A program made the translations under genes and the position numbers. Of a DNA stretch of 64,000 nt, positions 44,572 to 55,421 are shown piece after piece. The DNA is from Candidatus Nanopelagicales bacterium (GTDB lineage Bacteria; Actinomycetota; Actinomycetes; S36-B12): assembly GCA_040266055.1 (NCBI GenBank), contig JBDQFC010000010.1:1486-65485 (forward strand), in the 5' to 3' direction. The notes beneath the pieces were generated by a model. The model saw only the letters and a list, made by a program, of their open reading frames with translations, did no database searches and was not told the DNA's origin. How positions within the stretch are numbered: the stretch's first letter is position 1; every line of letters begins with the position of its first letter.

Positions 44572-46229
44572 GGACCGCCACCTTGACCGGGCACGAGAGC
44601 GCCGGGGTTCATGATCCCGCGTGGGTCAACAGAAGCCTTCACACGACGAAGAACGTCGGTACTGACGCCGTCGATAGATAGACCAAACCACGTGAGGTGG
44701 TCCCGACCCACGCCGTGATGATGACTGATGGCGGCACCGGAATCAACGAGCGCATCCATGATGGTGGCCTTTGCCCGCCGCCACTGTTGTGCGGATTCCG
44801 ACGGATCTGATCGACCACCCGCCAGGACAGTGAAGTACAACGATGCACCAACGTCGTAACTGTGGCTGATGTGCGCCATGACGTAGGCACGTGACCCAAG
44901 GGCGTTACGAGCCGCGTTACTCAAGCGCTCGTGCGTGGCTTTGAGCTGCGACCAGGGCACGATTGTTTCGAAAGTCTCGACCAGGTACCCGGCATCAATC
45001 AATGCATCGCGCTGATACGGCCCACGGAATCGTCCGCGCTCCCACGCACGCCCTGGGCCGTTTCCGATGGAAACGGCTCCCCGCTCCCCCAACGTCTCTC
45101 TGGCGAAGGCCCGCATCGCTCCAACCGTGGACTCCGACGTCGATTCGAAGCCAAGGATGATCAACGATCCGGGTCTCGCACGCCTAAGGCGCACGTAGGT
45201 CGCAAAGGCCCAACCCGTTACACCCCGCGGCGCGGACATCGTCAGCAATGCTTCGGTCTCAGCCGGGTCGGATGCCCGCATGACCGTGGGACGTAACGGC
45301 GATCTGGTCAAAGCACGAACGGCACTAGCGGCAGCGGCAAAGTCACCGGGGAGAATCGAGGCGGTGTACTCACGCAACGTGGGCCGGGCCCGCACGCGCA
45401 ACTGGGCAGACGTCACGATGCCTAAAGCGCCTTCACTGCCCAAAACGAGATGACGCAGGTCCGGGCCACTGGATTGAGCCGGATACCCACCAACGTCCCA
45501 AGTACCCACAGGCGTGGCCACGTGCGCGCCGATCAATAGATCTTCGATGCGGCCGTAGCCACTCGAGGACTGTCCCGAGGAACGGGCCGCGATGTAGCCA
45601 CCAATGCTTGCTCGCTCGAAGGACTGCGGGAAATGCCCGAGTGTCCACCCGCGTGGATTCAGGAACGATTCGAGCTCCGGTCCGGTAATGCCGGCCTCCA
45701 CTGTGACCAGCGCCGACTCTTCGGCGAAGTCCAGCACCGACCTCATCCGGTCCATCGACACGGCCACGACCGCATCGCTCTCGGGGGTGTCGATGCCTCC
45801 GGTCACCGACGTGCCACCACCCACCGGAACCACGGCGATGCGCTCGGTGGAGCAGACCGAAAGGATGGCGAGCACCTGCTCATGGCTTCGTGGAAACAGC
45901 ACTGCATCGGGTACCCGAACTGGCTCATCCGATCGCCAACTCAACAGGTTGACGTAAGACATCCCCCGCGACAAGCGCGCTCGAGCGTCATCGTCGGTCC
46001 GCGCCTGGATTCCTGCGAACAACTCCCCCACGCGGTCATCGCTCAGTCGCGATGGATCGACCCTCGGTTCTTTCGGCGCAGGGGCTGAGCCCGCAGGACC
46101 TAGGTGTGCGTGCGCGAAGGCCAGCGTGCGCGGATCAAGGGCATCACCCACGGTGTGCGAGGACGTTCTCGGCTCTCCCCATCGTCCCGGCGCTACACCC
46201 CAATCCATGTGCGTCAGCCTGCCATGCAT
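44568..46229 (-). CDS. FAD-linked oxidase (PCMH/VAO superfamily; AGPS/GlcD-like)
   Basis: FAD_binding_4 signature PDAVLFPRSHEQVLAILSVCSTERIAVVPVGGGTSVTGG, a C-terminal HHHGVG motif, and an N-terminal extension of about 100 aa as in alkyl-DHAP-synthase-like proteins. Confidence 0.85.
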   Translation of the reverse strand: MHGRLTHMDWGVAPGRWGEPRTSSHTVGDALDPRTLAFAHAHLGPAGSAPAPKEPRVDPSRLSDDRVGELFAGIQARTDDDARARLSRGMSYVNLLSWRSDEPVRVPDAVLFPRSHEQVLAILSVCSTERIAVVPVGGGTSVTGGIDTPESDAVVAVSMDRMRSVLDFAEESALVTVEAGITGPELESFLNPRGWTLGHFPQSFERASIGGYIAARSSGQSSSGYGRIEDLLIGAHVATPVGTWDVGGYPAQSSGPDLRHLVLGSEGALGIVTSAQLRVRARPTLREYTASILPGDFAAAASAVRALTRSPLRPTVMRASDPAETEALLTMSAPRGVTGWAFATYVRLRRARPGSLIILGFESTSESTVGAMRAFARETLGERGAVSIGNGPGRAWERGRFRGPYQRDALIDAGYLVETFETIVPWSQLKATHERLSNAARNALGSRAYVMAHISHSYDVGASLYFTVLAGGRSDPSESAQQWRRAKATIMDALVDSGAAISHHHGVGRDHLTWFGLSIDGVSTDVLRRVKASVDPRGIMNPGALVPGQGGGP

Positions 46230-46280
46230 GGGCTATGACCCCGGGATAATCTGGCACTTACTGCGAACGCTCAACTGGGA

Positions 46281-47900
46281 GTGATGGAATCAGTGGACGT
46301 CACCTACGTTCCTCTAGGAATGCCGTCATCGGATCTCAGTGCGCAGCGTCGTCAGCGCGACTGGGAAGAACTCGCTGACCCCCAGCGTCCTCGGATTGAT
46401 GTCGTTGTCGTCGGCGGTGGGATCACCGGAGTCGGAGTCGCCGTAGATGCAGCCAGCCGAGGCCTACGCACGGTGCTCGTCGAACGCGAAGACCTGGCGT
46501 TCGGCACTTCGCGTTGGTCCAGCAAGCTCGTTCACGGAGGACTCCGCTATCTCGCAACCGGACACGCCGATGTCGCATGGGAGAGCGCGGTGGAGCGCGG
46601 ACACTTGATGACCACCATCGCCCCGCATCTGATCCGTGCCCTTCCCCAGGTGGTGCCGGTGATGACCGACACCCCACTTGGATCGGCCGCGCTCACGCGC
46701 GCCGGATTCCTGGCTGGCGATGTCCTACGTGCTGGAGCTCGCACACCGGGCTCGACATTGCCACCTGCCCATTGGATCTCCAAAGACAAAGTGCGGGCGT
46801 TGGCTCCCGCCATCGACGCACCCGATCTGCGCGGGGGCATCATGGCGTGGGACGGCCAACTCGTAGACGATGCCCGCCTGGTCATCGCTGCGGCCCGCAC
46901 GGCCGCCTCGTTCGGCGCGACCATCTTGACCAGGGTCGAGGCGCTGAGCGTCAGCGGCGACGGCGTTCGGCTACGTGATCGGATTTCCGGAGATGAAATC
47001 CATCTCCCGGCAGCCAACGTCATCACCGCGACGGGTGTGTGGGCCGAGGAACTGGACCCGCGAGTTCGAGTGCATCCCTCCCGCGGTTCCCACGTGATGC
47101 TCGATGCCGGCCGATTGGGATCCCCACGAGCGGCACTGACCATCCCTGTGCCTGGAATGTCAAGCCGTTACTGCTTCTTGCTGCCTCGACCGGACAACAC
47201 GGTGATCGCTGGAATAACCGACGTCGGTGTCGATCACATCGAAGACGAACCTCACGCCCCCAACGAGGACATCTCGTGGATCCTGTCCCAGGTAAACCGA
47301 GTCCTGGCGCAGCCCCTCACGACTGACGACGTCCTCGGTACCTTCGCGGGGCTTCGACCACTCGTCACGTTAGACACACCAGGCGACTCAAGCGATCCCG
47401 GGGCAACATCGGACATCTCTCGAAAGCACCTGGTCTCGCGATCGCCCAACGGCTCCATCACGATCACTGGAGGAAAGCTCACAACGTACCGTCGCATTGC
47501 GCAAGATGCCGTCGACCTAATTAGCGATCGTCCCTGTCTCACGACGTCACTCGCACTCATCGGTGCGAGTGAGGATCTACCCAAGCGTTCCCCCGGATTC
47601 TTCGACGACGATCCGCTGGTGATGCGCTATGGAGCCGAAGCCGAGCGGGTGCGATCCCTCGCCGCACTCCTGCCCGATCCCGCATCGGCACTGACTCCTG
47701 TGGCCGAACACACGAGTGCTTCTCGCGTAGACGTCGTCCACTCGATCCTTCACGAAGGTGCCCTGGATGCCGATGACGTGCTGTCGCGACGACTGCGGTT
47801 GGATTCGGTAGATGCCGACGTCCAGCCTGCCCGAACCGCGATCGAGGAAGTCTTCGACGCCCTTGACCGCAGCGGCCTTGCGCATGCGAGTGCCTCCTGA
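46281..47900 (+). CDS. glpD: FAD-dependent glycerol-3-phosphate dehydrogenase
   Basis: Dinucleotide fold VVVVGGGITGVGVAVDAASRG followed by FGTSRWSSKLVHGGLRYL. 539 aa. Confidence 0.92.
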   Translation: MMESVDVTYVPLGMPSSDLSAQRRQRDWEELADPQRPRIDVVVVGGGITGVGVAVDAASRGLRTVLVEREDLAFGTSRWSSKLVHGGLRYLATGHADVAWESAVERGHLMTTIAPHLIRALPQVVPVMTDTPLGSAALTRAGFLAGDVLRAGARTPGSTLPPAHWISKDKVRALAPAIDAPDLRGGIMAWDGQLVDDARLVIAAARTAASFGATILTRVEALSVSGDGVRLRDRISGDEIHLPAANVITATGVWAEELDPRVRVHPSRGSHVMLDAGRLGSPRAALTIPVPGMSSRYCFLLPRPDNTVIAGITDVGVDHIEDEPHAPNEDISWILSQVNRVLAQPLTTDDVLGTFAGLRPLVTLDTPGDSSDPGATSDISRKHLVSRSPNGSITITGGKLTTYRRIAQDAVDLISDRPCLTTSLALIGASEDLPKRSPGFFDDDPLVMRYGAEAERVRSLAALLPDPASALTPVAEHTSASRVDVVHSILHEGALDADDVLSRRLRLDSVDADVQPARTAIEEVFDALDRSGLAHASAS

Positions 47901-47971
47901 GCGCTGAGGGATCCCTTCGTCCGATTACCGTCAATGCCATCGGCATTGGCCTGGCTACGGGCGCATACGGC

Positions 47972-48589
47972 TTGTCCTTTGGAGCTATCTCCGTAGCCAG
48001 CGGTCTGGATCTCTGGCAAACACAATTACTGAGCCTGGGCATGTTCACTGGTGCCTCGCAGTTCGCCTTGGTTGGAGTGCTAGGCGCGGGTGGTGGGCTG
48101 ATCGCCGCGGTGGCCACGGCCTTACTCCTCGGAGCTCGCAACTCTCTGTACGCGCTGAGCTTGCGTCCCTTCCTAAGGACACCTGAACGCCCCTCGCGCT
48201 TACTCTTCCTAGGCCGAGCCCAACTAACCATCGATGAATCCACCGCAATGGCCGTCCGCTACCCCGAAGGCTCCCGCCAAGCACGCCACGCGTTCTGGGC
48301 GACGGGCATTGCGATCTACGTCTTGTGGAACATCGGCACCTTGGTCGGTGCTCTCGGTGCGGCGGCGCTCGATGATCCGCGCACACTCGGTCTGGACGCC
48401 GCGGTGCCGGCGGGCTTCATCGCACTGCTGTGGCCGCGCCTTCGCGATCGAAGCACGATTGCCTTGGCGTTAGTGAGTGCAGCCGTTGCGGTCGCACTCG
48501 TGCCCTTCCTTGCACCCGGACTCCCCGTGCTCTCGGCTGCCCTCGTCGCAGCGATTGCAGAGCGGATCATGGCTCGGAGGGCGCAGTGA
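47972..48589 (+). CDS. azlC: AzlC-family branched-chain amino acid exporter subunit (N-terminus probably extends upstream)
   Basis: Hydrophobic AzlC pattern (GLSFGAISVASGL...MFTGASQFALVG). AzlC-like sequence continues in frame upstream of the first canonical start (see findings). Confidence 0.82.
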   Translation: MSFGAISVASGLDLWQTQLLSLGMFTGASQFALVGVLGAGGGLIAAVATALLLGARNSLYALSLRPFLRTPERPSRLLFLGRAQLTIDESTAMAVRYPEGSRQARHAFWATGIAIYVLWNIGTLVGALGAAALDDPRTLGLDAAVPAGFIALLWPRLRDRSTIALALVSAAVAVALVPFLAPGLPVLSAALVAAIAERIMARRAQ

Positions 48590-48897
48590 TCTGGCCCGCC
48601 GTCATCATCGGCTCACTCGGCGCCTATTTGCTCAAGCTCGCCGGATACGTGATCCCCGAGCGAGTTTTGGATAACGACCGCCTCCGCAGACTCACTGGGT
48701 TGCTACCGGTAGCACTACTGGCAGCGTTGGTTGCCGTTCAGACCTTCTCGGTAGGAACCGACCTGCAGATCGATGCGCGGATCGCCGGTCTCGCCGCAGC
48801 AATCGTCGCCCTCATGCTGCGCGCGCCGTTTCTCGTAGTGGTTCTCGTGGCCGCGATTACCGCTGCCGTGCTTCGAGCAACAGGTTTGTCGAGCTAG
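48586..48897 (+). CDS. azlD: AzlD-family branched-chain amino acid exporter subunit
   Basis: 103 aa, 3-4 TM helices. GTG start overlaps the azlC stop (GTGA). The ORF-track start at 48430 is over-extended. Confidence 0.8.
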   Translation: MIWPAVIIGSLGAYLLKLAGYVIPERVLDNDRLRRLTGLLPVALLAALVAVQTFSVGTDLQIDARIAGLAAAIVALMLRAPFLVVVLVAAITAAVLRATGLSS

Positions 48898-49343
48898 TTC
48901 TGCGCAAATAGCGCTGCGGCCTGACGCATTGCCGCCCGCGCCCGCTTACGATCGCGGGCGTCGTCGTAGGCGATCGCAAGTCGAAACCAAGCACGCCAAT
49001 TGTCCGGATGCTCCTCGACCTGCTCGGCGAAACCGGCGAAGGCTGCATCGGCATCCGCCTTCGTCGGTCGCCCGGATGCCGACAGCTCCCCCTGATACTC
49101 CGGAAGGTCGCCATCGGCCGCCAAAATCCGACCCATCTGCTGCGTACGCCAACCGAACCACAGTTCTCGCCAGATGAGCCCTACACCGAGAAGGGGAACT
49201 ACGACGATGGCTAGTGCAAAAGCGACTTGGACGATGTCCCCTGACACCAACAGCACCCAGGCGCGGGTGAGCGCGAGCACTGCATAACTCACGGACGCAA
49301 CGACCATCAAGGCCGTCACCGTCCACACGACGGGGCGGTTCAT
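48894..49343 (-). CDS. Conserved membrane protein, function unknown (2 TM plus helical C-terminal domain)
   Basis: Two N-terminal TM helices and a TPR-like helical tail (NWRAWFRLAIAYDDARDRKRARAAM). Start abuts the dapB stop. Confidence 0.6.
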   Translation of the reverse strand: MNRPVVWTVTALMVVASVSYAVLALTRAWVLLVSGDIVQVAFALAIVVVPLLGVGLIWRELWFGWRTQQMGRILAADGDLPEYQGELSASGRPTKADADAAFAGFAEQVEEHPDNWRAWFRLAIAYDDARDRKRARAAMRQAAALFAQN

Positions 49344-50114
<771 letters not shown>

Positions 50115-50170
50115 CTACGGAGATCACCCGTCGCCCCGATCGGTGAATCAGAGAGGCTGAACCCACTTCC

Positions 50171-51271
50171 ATGAATGTTCACGACGTCCACGGGGCGCCA
50201 TCCATTCGCCTAGGGAACGACGTCGCAGAGGCGGACATCACGCTCACGGGAGCACACATAGCCCCAGTGCGATTTCTCTTAGGCGAGCGTTGGGTCTCCC
50301 CCTACTCACTTGCTCCCTGGAAACCGGCGCAGGCTGCGGACCATGATCCGATCCTGGCGCACCTTCGTGGCGACTTTTTCTGCCTTCCGTTTGGCGAACA
50401 AGGTGAAGGGCCGCTCCACGGTGAGGTCAGCAACAGCACCTGGAGCATCGATGTGGCGGACTCCACCGCAGCGGTGATGTCAATCGACACTGCGGACTCC
50501 CACGCACACTTCACCAAGCGCGTGCATTTAGAGCCGGGGCACCGGGCGTTGTACCAACGCTTTACATCGACCGGGCTCGACGGCGACTGGAACTACGGAA
50601 CCCATCCAACCCTCGACCTGTCCGGCCTCAATTACCAGCAAGGTCGGATCAGCACGAGCGCCATGGCGCACCGCTCAGTGAACCCAACCCTGTTCTCTGA
50701 TCCCGTACGCGGCGAACACCAGATCCTGCAGATCGGAGCGCAGTTCGATGACCTCTCGAGCATCCCGCGGATCGACGGAACCACGCTGGACTTGAGCCGT
50801 TACCCGACTCCCGAGGCCCACGAGGACCTGGTGATGCTCGTCAACGATCCGATGTCTGGACCGCTGGGGTGGTCGGCGGTCGTCTTCGACGGGTACACAT
50901 GGCTGGCCCTAAAGGACATCCGATCTCTTCCCATGACGTTGCTGTGGCAGTCCAACGGCGGGCGGTCTCAGGCGCCCTGGAACGGGCAGCATGTCGGCCG
51001 TCTAGGTGTCGAAGACGTGTGCTCGTTCTTCGCGACGAGCCGCGCAGCGGCGCTGGATAACTTCCTTGCCGACGAGGGCTTCACCACCTACAAGTCCTTC
51101 GATGAGCACCACCAACTCGACTTCTCCACGGTGCACGTTGTCTTCGAGATTCCCGAGGACTTCGACATCGTCGAATCGGTGACACCGCTAGACGACACCC
51201 AACTCGAGGTCCGATCCCAATCGGGTGCAACGGTTGTGGTGGATGTCAGTTGGCGCTTTGTACTCGCCTAG
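50171..51271 (+). CDS. Hypothetical protein, possibly galactose-mutarotase-like fold
   Basis: 366 aa with ordinary soluble-protein composition and no antisense competitor. Only weak resemblance to aldose-1-epimerase-superfamily patterns (LGVED near the C-terminus), so function is unassigned. Confidence 0.6.
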   Translation: MNVHDVHGAPSIRLGNDVAEADITLTGAHIAPVRFLLGERWVSPYSLAPWKPAQAADHDPILAHLRGDFFCLPFGEQGEGPLHGEVSNSTWSIDVADSTAAVMSIDTADSHAHFTKRVHLEPGHRALYQRFTSTGLDGDWNYGTHPTLDLSGLNYQQGRISTSAMAHRSVNPTLFSDPVRGEHQILQIGAQFDDLSSIPRIDGTTLDLSRYPTPEAHEDLVMLVNDPMSGPLGWSAVVFDGYTWLALKDIRSLPMTLLWQSNGGRSQAPWNGQHVGRLGVEDVCSFFATSRAAALDNFLADEGFTTYKSFDEHHQLDFSTVHVVFEIPEDFDIVESVTPLDDTQLEVRSQSGATVVVDVSWRFVLA

Positions 51272-51297
51272 CTCGAGCACGAATTAACTCAGGCGGA

Positions 51298-52611
51298 CTA
51301 ACCCAAAGCGTTGAACGTGTGCGTTTCGTCGAAGGGTCCGATGGCTGCGAGCGTGAAGGGTCCGGTGAGCAGTTCTCGCGCGACGTCGTGAACGTCGGCG
51401 GCCTGGACGGACTCGATCCGCTCGAGCAGGGTATCGATGCTCTCCACCGGCTCACCGTGCAACTCAGCCTTCGCGATTCGCGACATTCGAGAAGCAGGGT
51501 CTTCTTGCCCGAGGACCATGCCACCCTTGACCTGACCCTTGGCGCGCTGGAGTTCCTCGGCGGAGAGCCCGTGTTGTGCGACCGATTCGAGTTCGCTCAA
51601 GCACACGTCCAAGACGGTGTCGGCCTTGCTCGGTAGACATCCGGCATAAAGACCAAAGACGCCAGCATCGGCGAAGGCTTGCGCGTAGGCGAACACCGAG
51701 TACGCCAGGCCGCGCTTCTCGCGCACCTCCTGGAACAACCGACTGCTCATCCCACCGCCGAGTGCTGTGCTCAGGACCGCGGTGGCGTAGCGACGGTCGT
51801 CTCCACGCACGAACCCCTGGGTGCCGAGCATCAGGTGCGCTTGCTCGGTGGGGCGCGAGGAAATACGCACCGGGGTTCCCTTCCAGCGCCGCTTGGCTGA
51901 TGCACGAGGGGCGACCGGCTCAGCCGCTGGGTCGAGATGCTCGGCGAAGATCCGACGCACATCGCGCACGACGGCGTTGTGATCGACGTTGCCCGCCACC
52001 GAGATAACCATCGTGTCCGGTGTGTACGCCTTGCGATAGAAGCGCCGGATGGACGGGCGCGGCAACGCGGTGATGGTGTCGACGGTTCCGAGGATGGGCC
52101 GCCCGAGCGGTGAATCACCGAACATCGCGAGGGCGAATTCGTCGTGCACAAGATCACCGGGATCGTCTTCATACATCGCGATCTCTTCACAGATCACAGC
52201 GCGCTCGGATTCGATGTCGAGATCGTGCAACGTTGCGTTGAGAACGACGTCGCACACCACATCAAGGGCTAGCGGCAGGTGCTCATCAAGGACCCTCGCA
52301 TGGAAGCACGTGTGCTCTTTGGTGGTGAAGGCATTCAGATCCCCACCTACTGATTCGATCTCCGCCGAAATCGCCATCGCATCTCGGGCGTGCGTTCCCT
52401 TGAACAGCAGGTGTTCTAGGAAGTGCGCTGACCCCATCTGGGACGGTGGTTCATCGCGCGAACCAGCCGCGACCCAGACCCCCAAGGCAACCGAGCGCAC
52501 ACTGGGTACGTACTCGGTAATTACCCGGAGGCCGCCGGGCAAAGTGGTGCGGCGCACCACTCCCCCATCGGCACCACGGATCAACGTGGCGGTCTGGGTG
52601 CGGGTAGGCAC
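51298..52611 (-). CDS. pepR: M16-family zinc peptidase (insulinase-like)
   Basis: Inverted zinc motif HFLEHLLFKGT. 437 aa. Immediately downstream of pnp, as pepR is in mycobacteria. Confidence 0.9.
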   Translation of the reverse strand: MPTRTQTATLIRGADGGVVRRTTLPGGLRVITEYVPSVRSVALGVWVAAGSRDEPPSQMGSAHFLEHLLFKGTHARDAMAISAEIESVGGDLNAFTTKEHTCFHARVLDEHLPLALDVVCDVVLNATLHDLDIESERAVICEEIAMYEDDPGDLVHDEFALAMFGDSPLGRPILGTVDTITALPRPSIRRFYRKAYTPDTMVISVAGNVDHNAVVRDVRRIFAEHLDPAAEPVAPRASAKRRWKGTPVRISSRPTEQAHLMLGTQGFVRGDDRRYATAVLSTALGGGMSSRLFQEVREKRGLAYSVFAYAQAFADAGVFGLYAGCLPSKADTVLDVCLSELESVAQHGLSAEELQRAKGQVKGGMVLGQEDPASRMSRIAKAELHGEPVESIDTLLERIESVQAADVHDVARELLTGPFTLAAIGPFDETHTFNALG

Positions 52612-52613
52612 GA

Positions 52614-54860
52614 TTAAGCGGACTCTTCGCCCTTGTCGCCACCGTCGGATCCTTCAAGGACCGGGGTGAGCGAGAGCTTGCCGCGCTGGTCGATTTCCTT
52701 GATCTCGACCTGAACCTTGTCACCGACGTTGAGGACTTCCTCGACTGTGTCGATGCGCTTCTTGTCCGTCAGCTTCTTGACCTCGGAGATGTGCAGCAGG
52801 CCGTCCTTGCCCGGCATCAGCGACACGAACGCTCCGAAGTTCGTGGTCTTGACCACGGTTCCCAGGTAGCGCTCCCCGACCTCGGGCATCGTCGGGTTGG
52901 CGATGTTGTTGATCGCTGTCCGCGCAGCCTCCGCTGAAGGACCATCGGTGGCACCAATGTAAATAGTCCCGTCGTCTTCGATGGTGATGTCCGCACCGGT
53001 GTCCTCTTGGATCTGGTTGATGATCTTGCCCTTCGGCCCGATCACCTCGCCGATCTTGTCAACCGGGACCTTCACCGAGATCACGCGCGGTGCGGTCTCT
53101 GCCATCTCATCGGGAGCATCAATGGCCTCGTTCATGACATCCAGGATCGTCATGCGTGCATCGCGGGCCTGGGTCAATGCGCCAGCGAGGACGTCAGCTG
53201 GAATGCCGTCGAGCTTGGTGTCCAGCTGCAACGCGGTAACGAAGTCCCGGGTGCCGGCGACCTTGAAGTCCATATCGCCGTAGGCATCCTCAGCACCGAG
53301 GATGTCGGTCAGCGTGACGTACTCAGTCGCACCGTCGACATCGCCAGAGATCAGACCCATCGCGATACCCGCAACCGGTGCCCTCAGCGGAACGCCTGCG
53401 TTCATGAGCGACATCGTCGATGCGCACACCGAGCCCATCGAGGTTGATCCGTTGGAGCCAAGAGCCTCGGACACCTGACGGATCGCGTAGGGGAACTCCT
53501 CGCGGGTCGGCAGCACCGGCAGCAACGCACGCTCGGCGAGCGCTCCGTGGCCGATCTCGCGCCGTTTGGGTGAACCGACGCGGCCGGTTTCACCGGTGCT
53601 GTACGGGGGGAAGTTGTAGTTGTGCATGTAACGCTTGCGGTTATCCGGATTCAAGGTGTCCAGCAACTGCTCCATACGCAACATGTTCAAGGTGGTGACA
53701 CCCAGGATCTGGGTCTCACCGCGCTCGAACAGGGCCGAACCGTGCGTGCGGGGCAAGATGTCGACCTCAGCACTCAGGGCGCGGATGTCGGTCAAGCCAC
53801 GACCATCGATACGGACCTTGTCGCGAAGGACGCGGTCACGAACGGCCTTCTTGGTCACCGCACGGAAGGCTGCGGAGAGTTCCTTCTCCCGACCTTCGAA
53901 GTTAGCGGCGAGTTCGGCGACGACCGTTGTCTTGATGTCATCGAGGCGTGCCTCGCGCGGAGCCTTCTCCACAATTGCAAGGGCGTCGCGGACGTCGACC
54001 AGGGCCAACCGCTCCACGGCGTCGTAGGCGTCGTCCTCGAACTCCAGGAAGACCGGGTAGTCGGCCACCGGCTTGGCGGCGGCGTCGGCCAGTTCCTGCT
54101 GGGCATCACACAATGCGCGAATGAAGGGCTTGGCCGCTTCGAGTCCAGCACCGACGATCTCCTCAGTAGGTGCCTGGGCTCCACCAGCAACGAGATCGAT
54201 CGTCTTGTCGGTGGCCTCAGCCTCGACCATCATGATGGCGACATCGTCACCTGCGATGCGTCCAGCGACGACCATGTCGAAGACCGCGTCCTCGAGCTGC
54301 TCGTGGGTAGGGAATGCAACCCACTGACCGTTGATAAGTGCGATGCGCACCCCACCGATTGGACCGCTGAACGGCAAGCCCGAGAGTTGCGTTGACGCCG
54401 AAGCACCGTTGATTGCCACAACGTCGTAGAGATCGTTGGGGTTCAACGAGAGAACGGTCACCACGACCTGGACCTCGTTGCGCAGACCCTTCTTGAAGGT
54501 CGGGCGCAGCGGGCGGTCGATCAACCGGCAGGTGAGGATGGCGTCCTCGGTTGGACGACCTTCACGACGGAAGAACGATCCCGGGATGCGTCCAACGGAG
54601 TACATCCGCTCTTCGACATCAACCGTAAGCGGGAAGAAGTCGAATTGATCCTTGGGATTCTTCGAAGCGGTAGTTGCGCTCAACAGCATGGTGCCGCCGT
54701 CGAGGTAAATGGCCACGGAGCCCGCGGCCTGACGTGCGAGACGACCTGTCTCGAAGGTAACGGTGCGTGTTCCATACGCGCCGTTGTCGATGACGGCCTC
54801 GGCCGTCGCGATCTGGGAACCCGTCACGGGTGCCTCCTGTTCATAAGCGGACAGGGGCAA
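52614..54860 (-). CDS. pnp: Polyribonucleotide nucleotidyltransferase (PNPase / GpsI)
   Basis: Two RNase PH domains plus KH and S1 domains ([18 protein letters not shown]). 748 aa. Confidence 0.97.
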   Translation of the reverse strand: MPLSAYEQEAPVTGSQIATAEAVIDNGAYGTRTVTFETGRLARQAAGSVAIYLDGGTMLLSATTASKNPKDQFDFFPLTVDVEERMYSVGRIPGSFFRREGRPTEDAILTCRLIDRPLRPTFKKGLRNEVQVVVTVLSLNPNDLYDVVAINGASASTQLSGLPFSGPIGGVRIALINGQWVAFPTHEQLEDAVFDMVVAGRIAGDDVAIMMVEAEATDKTIDLVAGGAQAPTEEIVGAGLEAAKPFIRALCDAQQELADAAAKPVADYPVFLEFEDDAYDAVERLALVDVRDALAIVEKAPREARLDDIKTTVVAELAANFEGREKELSAAFRAVTKKAVRDRVLRDKVRIDGRGLTDIRALSAEVDILPRTHGSALFERGETQILGVTTLNMLRMEQLLDTLNPDNRKRYMHNYNFPPYSTGETGRVGSPKRREIGHGALAERALLPVLPTREEFPYAIRQVSEALGSNGSTSMGSVCASTMSLMNAGVPLRAPVAGIAMGLISGDVDGATEYVTLTDILGAEDAYGDMDFKVAGTRDFVTALQLDTKLDGIPADVLAGALTQARDARMTILDVMNEAIDAPDEMAETAPRVISVKVPVDKIGEVIGPKGKIINQIQEDTGADITIEDDGTIYIGATDGPSAEAARTAINNIANPTMPEVGERYLGTVVKTTNFGAFVSLMPGKDGLLHISEVKKLTDKKRIDTVEEVLNVGDKVQVEIKEIDQRGKLSLTPVLEGSDGGDKGEESA

Positions 54861-55048
54861 CCACGGCAGACGTCCGGTGGCGGTCTTCGATCGAGGCTCC
54901 CGGGAACTTCCTCCGCGAGAGCCACTACCGAGGACCGACGACGACGCTTCCGCAGCGCCCCGGATCCTTACTGGTGTGTTCGTTACATATTCGGTTGTAG
55001 AACCGGGGTGCCCGAGTCGGCACCCCAGCAGAGTCTGTCGGTTAGTAC
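54861..55048 (-). promoter_or_regulatory. Structured rpsO-pnp intergenic leader (position of the Actino-pnp RNA motif)
   Basis: 188-nt untranslated spacer between rpsO and pnp containing several GC-rich inverted repeats. Assigned by position and by the known conserved leader upstream of actinobacterial pnp. No covariance model was run. Confidence 0.45.
55005..55026 (-). terminator. Hairpin (terminator/attenuator) just downstream of rpsO
   Basis: GGGGTGCC-CGAGTC-GGCACCCC, an 8-bp GC-rich stem 23 nt after the rpsO stop. No clear U-tract follows. Confidence 0.5.
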
Positions 55049-55318
55049 CTAGCGACGGATGCCGACACGCTCAATGATCGAGCGGTAGCGGTTGATGTCC
55101 GTCTTGGTCAGGTACTTCAGCAGCCGGCGACGCTGTCCAACGAGGATCAGCAGGCCGCGGCGGCTGTGGTGGTCGTGGGGATGGGTCTTCAGGTGCTCAG
55201 TGAGCTGGGTGATGCGCTTGGTCAATAGCGCGATCTGAACCTCGGGGCTACCAGTGTCGCCGGGACTCGTCGCGTACTCGGCGATGATGTCGGCCTTGGT
55301 CTTGGCGTCGAGTGACAT
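55049..55318 (-). CDS. rpsO: 30S ribosomal protein S15
   Basis: [57 protein letters not shown]... is canonical S15. 89 aa from the internal ATG. Confidence 0.97.
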   Translation of the reverse strand: MSLDAKTKADIIAEYATSPGDTGSPEVQIALLTKRITQLTEHLKTHPHDHHSRRGLLILVGQRRRLLKYLTKTDINRYRSIIERVGIRR

Positions 55319-55421
55319 TTGCGTTCCTCTCGGGCGCGCCGGTCTCCCGGCGATGACCGCACCGTGCGGCCTAGTCACGTATCGCCGAGCGCCCGCTCAG
55401 CAACCGTCGTAGTCGAGGCTA

